A program made the position numbers and the translations under genes. The notes beneath the pieces were generated by a model, which was not told the origin of the DNA, searched no databases, and saw only the letters and a program-made list of their open reading frames with translations. Shown piece after piece: positions 50,087-59,159 of a DNA stretch of 64,000 nucleotides. This DNA is from Gammaproteobacteria bacterium. Lineage in GTDB: Bacteria > Pseudomonadota > Gammaproteobacteria > JAKEHO01. The DNA lies in the NCBI GenBank assembly GCA_027296625.1, contig JAPUIX010000170.1, positions 10,559 through 74,558 on the forward strand, in the 5' to 3' direction. Position 1 is the stretch's first letter, and every line of letters begins with the position of its first letter.

Positions 50087-50899
50087 ATGGACCACGCTTG
50101 GACAGAACAGCTGATCGAGCTCCACCGCCTGGTACGTTTGGCGGTCATCACTCGCAGTCGGGAGGGAACCTGTGGAACGAACGCCAAAGGGGATGTGGTC
50201 AAGGTTTTCGATCTGGTCGCAAATGATGCTGCGCTGAAATACCTGCAAACATCAGCAGTATCGCTTCTTGTTGAATCTGAAGAGTCCGAGCCACAAACAG
50301 TTGGTACCGGCACACCTGCTCACCGTCTGATCCTGGATCCTGTCGATGGTTCTGACAACTGGTCACGGCGATTGCCGTTATCTGCATTGTCCTGCGCGGT
50401 GTTGCCTATTGATGCACCATTAAAGCCTGAGTCCGTTATCGCATCGATTGTTGGTCCGCTCGATCAGGAAGTCCCACTGGTCGCGCAACAAAGATCTGGC
50501 GCATGGTCTGACATGATCCGGCTTCAGACCTCAGACGTGCATTGTCTTACGGATGCCGTGATCTCAATTGAACTCAACCACTATGCACCTGCCATGAATC
50601 TGGCACGCATGATGGCTGATGCCAGAGGTATACGCTGCTACGGTAGCGCAGCCTGTGCAATTACCTTCGTTGCCTCGGGAATAACGGATGCCCATATCGA
50701 TATACGCAGCAGACTGACCCCGGAAAGCTATCTTGCCGCAGCATGTTTGCTGCTGGAAGCTGGGGGATGCATCACCGGTCTCGATGGTGCGTCGTTACCA
50801 GCCGCATCTGGCTTGACTGATGGCATCAGTTTAATCGCTGCGGCGAACCAGGCACTGTGTGACGAAATTGTAGAACGCTTGGGCAATGATGGAGGTTGA
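50087..50899 (+). CDS. inositol-monophosphatase-family phosphatase
   Basis: ESEESE metal site, LDPVDGSDNW motif, and the C-terminal GSAACAITFVASGITDA block. Confidence 0.75.
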   Translation: MDHAWTEQLIELHRLVRLAVITRSREGTCGTNAKGDVVKVFDLVANDAALKYLQTSAVSLLVESEESEPQTVGTGTPAHRLILDPVDGSDNWSRRLPLSALSCAVLPIDAPLKPESVIASIVGPLDQEVPLVAQQRSGAWSDMIRLQTSDVHCLTDAVISIELNHYAPAMNLARMMADARGIRCYGSAACAITFVASGITDAHIDIRSRLTPESYLAAACLLLEAGGCITGLDGASLPAASGLTDGISLIAAANQALCDEIVERLGNDGG

Positions 50900-52253
50900 C
50901 AGTCAAATGGAGGCACCCCAGGTTGCAGTCATTCTTGCCGCCGGCTCAGGATCACGGCTGTACCCGACTGCAAACACACCGAAACCCTTGATAAAAGTGT
51001 TGGGCCTGTCACTTGCCGAGCGCGTCATCAGCACCTTGTGTCAAGCAGTCAACATTCGGCATTTTATTGTCGTCCTTGGCTTTGAAGCCGAGCTAGTCAA
51101 GGAACATTTTATTGATATTGCTCGTCGTCGTGGTGTGACGATTGAATTTTGTATGGCAGAGAACTGGCTGCGTGGTAATGGTTCTAGTGCACTTGCAGCC
51201 AAGGGACATACTGGCGCTGCCCCGTTCTTTCTGGTCATGAGTGATCACCTGTTTGATCCAGCTATCCCGCAGGCGCTAGCCCAAAATCCACCTGCCCCAG
51301 GCACAATCTGCCTGGCAGTGGATCATGACAAGACTGGCATATTCGATCTCGATGACGTGACACGGGTACGGATCACGAACAATCGCATCAAAGCGATCTA
51401 CAAACACCTTGAGCAATGGGATGCCGGTGATACGGGGGTTTTTCTTTGTACGCTTGGTCTGTTTGACGGGCTTGAGGCGGCCGTCTCAAGGGGCAGGTAT
51501 GGACTCTCCGATGCCCTGCATGAATTAGCGCAAGAGGGCCGGGCAGGTACTGTCGATGTGACCGGACAATCATGGCTCGATGTTGACACACCGGAAGCCT
51601 TTCATGAGGCAGAGCACCGACTATTGCAGGAGTTGGGTGGTAAGCCCAGCGATGGTCCGGTTGCACGCCATCTCAACCGACCGCTTTCCCGCTGGATAAC
51701 AGGATACCTGGTCCGCACCCCTGTGACACCAAACCTGATTTCTTTCGCTTCCTGGTTGTTGTCATGCTTTGCCGCGATCTTGTTTATGATCGGTGGCTAT
51801 CCGGCATTGGCACTCGGCGGGCTCGTCGCACAATTTGCCTCGATCATTGATGGTTCTGATGGCGAAGTTGCGCGGCTAAAACATTCGGAGAGTAAAGCGG
51901 GTGCCTGGTTTGACGCGGTCCTCGATCGCTATGCCGACGCTTTCTTGTTGTTCGGTCTGACATGGCACGAGTTTTCTGCGAACAACACGCACCTATCCCT
52001 GGTGATTGGTTTTGCTGCGATCATCGGTTCCTATATGATCAGTTATACTGCGGATAAATATGATGGGTTAATGGCCAGGAGACTTCGGGGCGCTGTTTAT
52101 TTCAGATTGGGCCGCGACATCAGGGTATTCATAATCTTCCTTGGGGCGCTCTTCAACCAGCCACTGTTCACTTTGATTGTCATCGCACTGATCATGAATA
52201 TTGAAGTTGTCCGCCGCGTCACCGTCTGTATGCTAGAGAAACTGCCTGAATAA
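50886..52253 (+). CDS. bifunctional nucleotidyltransferase / CDP-alcohol phosphotransferase (IPCT/DIPPS type)
   Basis: N-terminal VAVILAAGSGSRLYP NTP-transferase fold. C-terminal multi-TM domain with the complete DxxDGxxAR-x8-G-xxxD-xxxD motif (DGSDGEVARLKHSESKAGAWFDAVLDRYAD). Confidence 0.75.
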   Translation: MMEVDSQMEAPQVAVILAAGSGSRLYPTANTPKPLIKVLGLSLAERVISTLCQAVNIRHFIVVLGFEAELVKEHFIDIARRRGVTIEFCMAENWLRGNGSSALAAKGHTGAAPFFLVMSDHLFDPAIPQALAQNPPAPGTICLAVDHDKTGIFDLDDVTRVRITNNRIKAIYKHLEQWDAGDTGVFLCTLGLFDGLEAAVSRGRYGLSDALHELAQEGRAGTVDVTGQSWLDVDTPEAFHEAEHRLLQELGGKPSDGPVARHLNRPLSRWITGYLVRTPVTPNLISFASWLLSCFAAILFMIGGYPALALGGLVAQFASIIDGSDGEVARLKHSESKAGAWFDAVLDRYADAFLLFGLTWHEFSANNTHLSLVIGFAAIIGSYMISYTADKYDGLMARRLRGAVYFRLGRDIRVFIIFLGALFNQPLFTLIVIALIMNIEVVRRVTVCMLEKLPE

Positions 52254-52623
52254 ACTCCGATAATCATCAAATAAGGCAAAAACTAAAAGCCTTATCGGAG
52301 CTACCCATAATGCTGGCCTGTCAACAATAACTCAAACTTCGGAGTACGTGATTGTCTACCAATTCGAAAGATCTGAAGAAAAGACTTCTATCAAAAAACT
52401 GTTTCATCAGGCGCGAAGGGGAGGCGATCATGAAATCTGGTATAGCCCTATTCTTAGGGATACATTTTATTGTCGAGGATGAAATCAAATCTAGCCATAC
52501 GGCAGAGGCTGTCCTAAAATTTGCTGGCTTAGATAAGGCGTTTTAGTTAGTAATGTCCAAGCGATTAAACAAGGTTCTCTAAGAAGGAAGGGGATGTGAC
52601 GACCGCAAAGAGAGTGTGTCCAA

Positions 52624-52794
52624 TCAATCTCGCACGGTCCGTGTGATGACGAGACCACAACGTTGACACTGTATCTTCTCGATATTGCCAGTAGTGCCAA
52701 AAGCAAAGGTGATGTCAATCACACGAAAATCGTGAATCCCTAGCCGGCAATAAAGCTGGCCAAGGAGATTCAGCAATTTGCCCTTACCCATCAT
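52624..52794 (-). other. 56-codon ORF, possibly an IS (ISL3-like) transposase N-terminal remnant
   Basis: Own translation: MMGKGKLLNLLGQLYCRLGIHDFRVIDITF...IQCQRCGLVITRTVRD*. This is only loosely reminiscent of the ISL3 zinc-ribbon N-terminus. No inverted repeats were seen. Confidence 0.2.
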
Positions 52795-53014
52795 TTAACA
52801 CTTACTTCGCTTCTGGCCCTCTCCCGTCACTGTCAACTCACCACGTGAGCTGCCTGATTATGTTGCTCCCCCTAAGGGCTGAATGCCATAGGTAAATTAA
52901 ATTTTAGTACCATTGTCAGGGTGATTGACTTTTAACAAGTGCCCTGCGCAACATTCAATCTTGACTATGTAGAAGCAAGACACGTAATAGAAAGATGTCA
53001 CACCAGGAAGAAAA

Positions 53015-53677
53015 TTGAGGGATCTGTTGACTGAGTTACCCAACAAAGAAAGCTGCAGCGCCATCCGGGCACTTGACCTGATTCCGATGGTCATAGAGGT
53101 TTCTGCCCGGGGGGAACGCACCTATGATATTTACTCTCGCCTGTTGAAGGAAAGAGTCATATTCCTGGTGGGTCCGCTTTTGGACGAGGTCGCCAATCTG
53201 GTAGTTGCACAGTTGCTTTACCTTGAATCTGAAAATCCTGACAAAGACATTCATTTTTATCTTAATTCTGCTGTCGGCTCGGTAAGTGCAGGAATGGCGG
53301 TCTATGACACCATGCAGTTCATCAGTCCAGACATCAGTACCCTGTGCATCGGTGAAGTTGCTGGCATGGGATCATTACTACTTGCGGGAGGTGCACCGGG
53401 GAAACGATATTGTCAGCCACATTCGCGGATCGTGCTGCATCAACCCCTTGGAGATATCGAGGGACAAGCCACGGACATGGCAATTCATGCAAAAGAGATC
53501 TTGAGGAACCGAAAGCAGTTAGACAAAATTCTAGCCAAACATACAGGACAAACAACGAAGCGGATCCATGCCGACACAGAGCGGGATCATTTCATGGATG
53601 GGCAAGAGGCTGTGGCGTATGGACTAATTGATGAGGTGCTTATGCAACGTATAGTTAAGGAGATAGAGAACCGATAG
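53015..53677 (+). CDS. ClpP-family protein lacking the catalytic serine (ClpR-like orphan paralog)
   Basis: Collinear with ClpP ([25 protein letters not shown]). The nucleophile motif AASMG reads VAGMG here (Gly codon GGC at 53363-53365), and SPGG reads SAVG. The catalytic His (LHQPLG) and Asp (TERDHF) are retained. Confidence 0.8.
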   Translation: MRDLLTELPNKESCSAIRALDLIPMVIEVSARGERTYDIYSRLLKERVIFLVGPLLDEVANLVVAQLLYLESENPDKDIHFYLNSAVGSVSAGMAVYDTMQFISPDISTLCIGEVAGMGSLLLAGGAPGKRYCQPHSRIVLHQPLGDIEGQATDMAIHAKEILRNRKQLDKILAKHTGQTTKRIHADTERDHFMDGQEAVAYGLIDEVLMQRIVKEIENR

Positions 53678-53720
53678 TCTTTTTCTGTCCCCTAATCGCA
53701 ACATTTATAAAAATGCCGGA

Positions 53721-54128
53721 TTACGACTCAATGCGACCCCTCATTGCGGTGTTACCTCGAACCCAACCGGTAGCGGCATGCGTTCTAATCGTTTTGTTAA
53801 GGCTTGATGCGACTAAACCAGCTAATTCCGAAGCAGATGTCCAGATCCTGACAAGTCCATTTTCGCTGACTTTTTCGCGGAACCGGTTGAGTTTAGCCCT
53901 CGCATCGGGTTCAAGCTCGGATTTACCGGTTGGTATTTCCTTGGGTTTGCCATGACAGAACGCGAGGACAGGGATGCCTTTCTCTATCGCGTAATCGTAT
54001 TCTTTTTCTGTATACCTGATTCCTTCTGCTGAGAGTGAGCCAAATCTGCCGCTGATGATGAGAATATAGTAGTCGCTGTCATCGATTACCTTCTTGATAA
54101 ATTGAAATTGCTCCTCTGTAGATCCCAC
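53721..54128 (-). pseudogene. DUF4062-like (TIR-like fold) domain protein, apparently truncated at the N-terminus
   Basis: EEQFQFIKKVIDDSDYYILIISGRFGS...YTEKEYDYAIEKGIPVLAF...KLNRFREKV matches the central and C-terminal DUF4062 pattern. The conserved N-terminal VFISST..DL..ER block is missing, and the frame is closed by a TGA just upstream. Confidence 0.4.
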
Positions 54129-54440
54129 AAGCTGCCTTTCGACACTGCCACTGTGGATGGGTATCCATGAGATGCTGAACGATCAGGATGCGATGCGCAT
54201 CTGGCTCTGGGGCCTGTGAGTTCCGGAGCGGCGTGCGCAATCGCGTCTCTAGGGCGATCCCACTCTCTTTGGCTCCTGCTAGGCCCAACAGCTCAAACAT
54301 CCTGATGTTTCCTCTCTCCCCGTCCCCTGAGAAAAAACTGTTTAGAGATCTCACAGTAGGCCTGAGCGGCATTTTTGCACTGACGACGTACTTACGGATT
54401 TGCCATGGGAATAGGGCTGGAATGTAACTCTTTGAATTAA

Positions 54441-54517
54441 TGGTCGGGGTGACTGGATTCGAACCAGCGACCCCTGCCTCCCGAAGGCAGTGCTCTACCA
54501 GGCTGAGCTACACCCCG
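54441..54517 (-). tRNA. tRNA-Pro (anticodon CGG)
   Basis: The reverse complement folds as a cloverleaf: acceptor CGGGGTG/CACCCCG, anticodon stem CTGCC/GGCAG, loop TTCGGGA, T-loop TTCGAAT, and an encoded CCA. Confidence 0.9.
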
Positions 54518-54527
54518 ACAATGCTCG

Positions 54528-55580
54528 TCAGTTAGTCCGATCGACGGCGAATTCGGCGAGGGCGTAGAGCGCGTCTTTGTAAGGCGAGGCAGGCACGTTG
54601 CTCAAACATTGTACGGCGCTATCCGCCTCGTTTCTCGCCAGGCCGGCAGTGTAAGCGATGGCACCTGTCGACTCAATGGCATCGGTTACCTCATGGATGC
54701 GATTGAGTCCGCCATTGACGATTGCCTTCCGAATCGTCGCGGCCTGTTTTGCGGTGCCATGCAACAGGGTATATAAGAGCGGTAGCGTGGGCTTGCCCTC
54801 GGCAAGATCATCACCGATGTTCTTACCCAGCTCCGCAGTTGAAGCGCTGTAGTCCAACACATCGTCAATGAGTTGAAAAGCTGTACCGACATGCATGCCG
54901 TAGGCCGCCATTGCTTCTTCATCTTCTATAGAACGTCCGGTAATCACCGCACCCAGCTGACCGGCTGCCGCAAACAGCTTGGCCGTTTTGTTACGAATCA
55001 CTTCCAGATACCGCGACTCAGTTGTTTCGGGGTCATGACGGTTGAGTAACTGTAAAACTTCCCCTTCAGCGATGGTATTGGTGGCGTCGGACAGGATCTC
55101 CATCACGCGCATGTTGTGGATACCCATCATCATTTGAAAGGCGCGCGAGTAAAGAAAATCGCCGACTAGGACGCTGGCTTCATTTCCCCACAGCAGGTTG
55201 GCGGTCTCTCTTCCCCGTCGCATCGTCGAGTCATCCACGACATCATCATGTAATAAGGTCGCTGTATGAATAAACTCGATGACTGCTGCAAGATCGATAT
55301 GGTGGCTCCCGGTATAACCCAGTGCCCGCGCACACAAAAGTAAGAGCGCCGGGCGCAACCGTTTGCCCCCGCTATCCACAATATAGTGGCCCAGTTGATT
55401 GATCAGCTCGACTTCAGAGTGCAGTTGTTTCTGGATAAACTGATCAACGCTCTTCATATCATCCGCGATGAGGTGCCGCAATTCATCGATATGGGTACCG
55501 GTGTCTATAGGGGCAGTGGGCTTTGCAGTTTGCACGATTCGTAAGCCGGCGGTGCGGGGGCTGGATGAGGAAGAAGTAGT
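54528..55580 (-). CDS. ispB: octaprenyl-diphosphate synthase
   Basis: GGKRLRPALLLL, DDxxD motifs (LLHDDVVDDS and QLIDDVLD). Conserved divergent partner of rplU. Confidence 0.85.
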   Translation of the reverse strand, partial: TTSSSSSPRTAGLRIVQTAKPTAPIDTGTHIDELRHLIADDMKSVDQFIQKQLHSEVELINQLGHYIVDSGGKRLRPALLLLCARALGYTGSHHIDLAAVIEFIHTATLLHDDVVDDSTMRRGRETANLLWGNEASVLVGDFLYSRAFQMMMGIHNMRVMEILSDATNTIAEGEVLQLLNRHDPETTESRYLEVIRNKTAKLFAAAGQLGAVITGRSIEDEEAMAAYGMHVGTAFQLIDDVLDYSASTAELGKNIGDDLAEGKPTLPLLYTLLHGTAKQAATIRKAIVNGGLNRIHEVTDAIESTGAIAYTAGLARNEADSAVQCLSNVPASPYKDALYALAEFAVDRTN

Positions 55581-55731
55581 CATTTTGCCAAGACAGAGAC
55601 AAAATTGCCATGCATTCAAGGTGGTTGTGCCTAGTACGCTTGTATCGAGGTGCCGAATTCCTTAGAATTTGGCCCCTCGCGAGGTTCGTCTTTCGCCATA
55701 CCATGTACTGAGGAACTGGTGGAGTGCAGGC

Positions 55732-56073
55732 ATGTACGCTGTGATTCAAACTGGTGGCAAACAATACAAGGTCAGCGAAGGGGATACCCTGAAGGTCGAG
55801 AAACTCGACATTGAGGAAGGCGCCTCGGTCGACATTGATCGCGTACTGATGCTGGTCGATGGCGAAAAGGTGACTGTGGGCACACCCTATGTGGAGGGAG
55901 CCAAGGTGCGTGCTATGGTAAAATCACATGGGCGCGGACCGAAGGTGAAGATCATCAAATTCCAGCGGCGTAAGCATCATCGCAAGCAAATGGGACACCG
56001 CCAAGCCTATACTGAACTTGCGATTACCAAAGTCGCCGGCAAAGCAACAAGACGCAAGAAGACATCGGCTTAA
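55732..56073 (+). CDS. rplU: 50S ribosomal protein L21
   Basis: [18 protein letters not shown] start. Has a short basic C-terminal tail. Confidence 0.95.
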   Translation: MYAVIQTGGKQYKVSEGDTLKVEKLDIEEGASVDIDRVLMLVDGEKVTVGTPYVEGAKVRAMVKSHGRGPKVKIIKFQRRKHHRKQMGHRQAYTELAITKVAGKATRRKKTSA

Positions 56074-56091
56074 GTGAAGAATTGATCAGTA

Positions 56092-56349
56092 ATGGCACAT
56101 AAAAAAGCAGGCGGAAGTACACGAAACGGGCGTGATTCTCAGTCCAAACGACTTGGCGTGAAACGCTTTGGCGGTCAGATCGTCGTTGCAGGCAACATAC
56201 TCGTCAGACAGCGAGGCACCAAGTTCCATCCTGGCGTGAACGTAGGCTGTGGCCATGACCACACGCTATATGCCAAGGCGAATGGTAAGGTGCAGTTCAA
56301 AACGAAAGGCCCAAAGAACCGAACATATGTCAACGTGATTGCAAATTGA
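56092..56349 (+). CDS. rpmA: 50S ribosomal protein L27
   Basis: [24 protein letters not shown]. Confidence 0.95.
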   Translation: MAHKKAGGSTRNGRDSQSKRLGVKRFGGQIVVAGNILVRQRGTKFHPGVNVGCGHDHTLYAKANGKVQFKTKGPKNRTYVNVIAN

Positions 56350-56375
56350 CGGCGAGTACGGAACTCTGGCATAGC

Positions 56376-56405
56376 AAAACCCCGTCTGTGACGGGGTTTT
56401 TTGTT
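56376..56405 (+). terminator. rho-independent terminator after rpmA
   Basis: CCCCGT (56380-85), loop CTGTG, ACGGGG (56391-96), followed by TTTTTTGTTT. Confidence 0.8.
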
Positions 56406-56472
56406 TATAGACCCATATTGGCGGCAACAGGCTGGTTATGCCTCAACGGACGACAGTGGTAATGTTCTGATT

Positions 56473-57522
56473 ATGAAGTTTGTCGATGAAGCGATTATTT
56501 GGGTTGAAGCCGGGAATGGCGGCGATGGGTGCTTGAGTTTTCGCCGTGAGAAGTTCCTGCCCCGTGGCGGACCGGATGGGGGTGATGGTGGAGACGGGGG
56601 CAGCGTGTACCTTGTTGTGGATAAAGGGCTGAATACGCTTGCGGATTTTCGTTGCGCGCGAAGATTCCACGGGGAAAATGGTCGACGCGGCATGGGGGGT
56701 CAATGCACCGGCAGGCGTGGCAAGGATCAGCGGATCAAGGTGCCGCTTGGGACACTGGTGTTCGATGCCGACATGGATGAGTTCATCGGGGATCTCATCT
56801 CCCGGGAAGACACGCTGCTCGTGGCAAAAGGCGGCTCCCACGGGCTTGGCAATGCCCATTTCAAAAGCAGTACCAACCGGGCACCACGCAAAACCACCCA
56901 GGGGACCGAGGGAGAGAGACGTAATCTCCACCTGGAGCTCCAGGTACTCGCGGATGTTGGGCTCTTGGGCACGCCCAACGCAGGCAAATCGACCTTACTT
57001 CGCGCAGTCACTGCCGCCCGTCCTCGGGTCGCTGATTATCCCTTCACGACCCTGTACCCAAACCTTGGCCTGGTCCGAACGGATGATGAGCGCAGTTTTG
57101 TGATTGCAGATATTCCGGGATTGATCGAGGGCGCTTCCAAAGGAGCAGGTCTCGGGATCCATTTTCTCAAGCACCTGGCCCGTACCCGACTATTGTTACA
57201 CGTCGTCGATATCGGCAGTGGAGATGATGCGGCGCGTCCTGTGAATGAAGTGCAGACGCTTGAACAGGAATTGAAGCAATACAGCGAGCAGTTGGTGACC
57301 GGAGTGCGATGGCTGGTGCTGAATAAGATAGACCTTCTGGACAGTGACGAGCGAGAACAGCGTGCTCATGTGCTTGTGGAGGAGCTTCGCTGGCGCGGTC
57401 CCGTTTTTCGGATCTCCGCGCTGACCGGCGAAGGGTGTGAAGCGCTTATCGATGCTGTCGACGCGTGGTTTCAAGGATATGAAGAACGCCAGGCTGCAGA
57501 AGGGGGAGGGGGCAATGGCTGA
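56473..57522 (+). CDS. obgE: GTPase Obg/CgtA
   Basis: [19 protein letters not shown] start, Gly-rich Obg fold, and G1 motif GTPNAGKST. Confidence 0.95.
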   Translation: MKFVDEAIIWVEAGNGGDGCLSFRREKFLPRGGPDGGDGGDGGSVYLVVDKGLNTLADFRCARRFHGENGRRGMGGQCTGRRGKDQRIKVPLGTLVFDADMDEFIGDLISREDTLLVAKGGSHGLGNAHFKSSTNRAPRKTTQGTEGERRNLHLELQVLADVGLLGTPNAGKSTLLRAVTAARPRVADYPFTTLYPNLGLVRTDDERSFVIADIPGLIEGASKGAGLGIHFLKHLARTRLLLHVVDIGSGDDAARPVNEVQTLEQELKQYSEQLVTGVRWLVLNKIDLLDSDEREQRAHVLVEELRWRGPVFRISALTGEGCEALIDAVDAWFQGYEERQAAEGGGGNG

Positions 57523-58635
57523 TCGGGGGACACTGCGCCACGCAAATCGTTGGGTGATTAAGATCGGCAGTGCGCTCGTGACCGACAATGGCCGCGGCCT
57601 ACGTGCGGATTCCTTGAAGAATTGGGTTGCGCAAATGGCGAGCCTCCGTCAGCAAGACAAAGAGGTCGCCTTGGTGTCGTCCGGGTCGATTGCTGAAGGT
57701 ATCTCCCGTCTCGGTTGGACTCGTCGGCCCCGCGCCATTCACGAGCTACAGGCAGCGGCGGCGATTGGGCAAATGGGCCTTGTCCAGGCTTGGGAATCGT
57801 GCTTTCAGCGCTATGGCATGCACACGGCTCAAGTTTTGTTGACACACGATGACCTGTCCGAACGCCAGCGTTATCTAAATGCACGCAGCACGCTCCGCAG
57901 CCTTTTGGATCTGGGTGTCATTCCCGTGGTGAATGAGAACGATACGGTGGCAACCAACGAGATCCGATTGGGTGATAACGATACGCTGGCAGGACTCGTG
58001 GCGAACCTCATCGAGGCGGACGTGCTCGTGATCTTGACCGATCAGGAGGGTCTCTTTGAGCGTGACCCGCGTAAATATCCTCAGGCCAAGCTCGTCAGGG
58101 AAGGGCGTGCCGGGGATCCGAGCCTTGAGACGATGGCAGCCGAGGGGGGTGCCTGGGGCAAGGGGGGATGCGGACCAAGCTTGCGGCGGCAGCGCTCGCC
58201 GCCCGCTCGGGTACGTCGACCGTCATCGCATCGGGCCTGAGGTTAGGCGTCCTTGAGGCGTTATCAGCGGGGGAGGCCGTTGGCACCTTCCTTGAGCCCG
58301 GCCAGACACCGCTTGCTGCCCGCAAGCAGTGGTTGGCCGGGCATATGAAATTGCGTGGGCGAGTGGTATTGGACGCCGGTGCCGTCGAGGTACTGAACAA
58401 GCGAGGCAAGAGCCTGCTGGCGGTGGGCGTCACCGCCGTTGAAGGTGAATTTAAACGTGGGGAAGTCGTTGCTTGTATCGGACCGGACGGGCGCGAGGTC
58501 GCTCGGGGGCTGGCAAATTACAACGCCGAGGAGACCCGCCGCATCATGGGGCAGCCGAGCGACCGGATCGAAGCGCTGCTGGGGTATGTGGATCAAGCAG
58601 AGTTGATCCACCGGGACAACCTGGTGCTGGTCTAA
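57515..58635 (+). pseudogene. proB: glutamate 5-kinase with its frame broken in the G6 run at 58162-58167 (true frameshift or homopolymer sequencing error)
   Basis: ORF 57437..58240 gives the AAK kinase domain up to ...[14 protein letters not shown] 58168..58635, in another frame, starts [23 protein letters not shown] and carries the PUA domain. One extra G restores the conserved GxGGMxTKL. Confidence 0.85.
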
Positions 58636-58680
58636 CCATTGGGTATCTGGGCGGCGATGAGAAGACGCGTGATGCGTCGT

Positions 58681-58941
58681 CTATAGCGCACGAATGTGCG
58701 CTGATAAGCGCCGCTTATGTCTCGCCGCCTTGTTTTTGTGTAGCAGACCTGTTCGGGCCATTCGGTCAATGATTGGCATGGCATCCTGATAGGCCTTATT
58801 TGCAGCTTTCTTATCCTTAGCCCCGATCGCCTGCACGATCCTTTTTATGTAGGTGCGCACCATGGAACGTCGGCTTGCGTTGTGCCTGCGTCGCTTTTCA
58901 GCCTGACGGGCACGTTTTCGTGCTGAGGCAATGTTTGCCAA
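58681..58941 (-). CDS. rpsT: 30S ribosomal protein S20
   Basis: [21 protein letters not shown]. Confidence 0.95.
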   Translation of the reverse strand: MANIASARKRARQAEKRRRHNASRRSMVRTYIKRIVQAIGAKDKKAANKAYQDAMPIIDRMARTGLLHKNKAARHKRRLSAHIRAL

Positions 58942-59159
58942 TGCAATGGCTCCGTCTATCTATGAAAGGCGCGTCACTATGCTGATATCAAGGTGATTTG
59001 TCAATCCTGGCGGGTGAATATGCTATTCTGAGATGCGTTTGCGCAGCAATTTACAAGCAGAATTCTTGACGACACTACGCATTCGCCGCCTTCCACCGAT
59101 CCTGAAGGGTCGCCACGCTGACTAAGCAGCTCCTTCAATCGACCGCTACTGTCGGCGGG

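Noticed and set aside
52352-52718. Small ORFs of 64 aa (plus) and 75 aa (minus) in the low-GC spacer
   Set aside because: No recognisable motifs, no convincing ribosome-binding sites, and they overlap each other. I treat the region as non-coding or decayed.
52254-54440. Direct repeat of the tRNA-Pro 3' end (att-like) that would delimit an island
   Set aside because: I scanned by eye for GGATTCGAACC-like strings upstream and found none. Absence by eye is weak evidence, so the island idea is kept only as a low-confidence finding.
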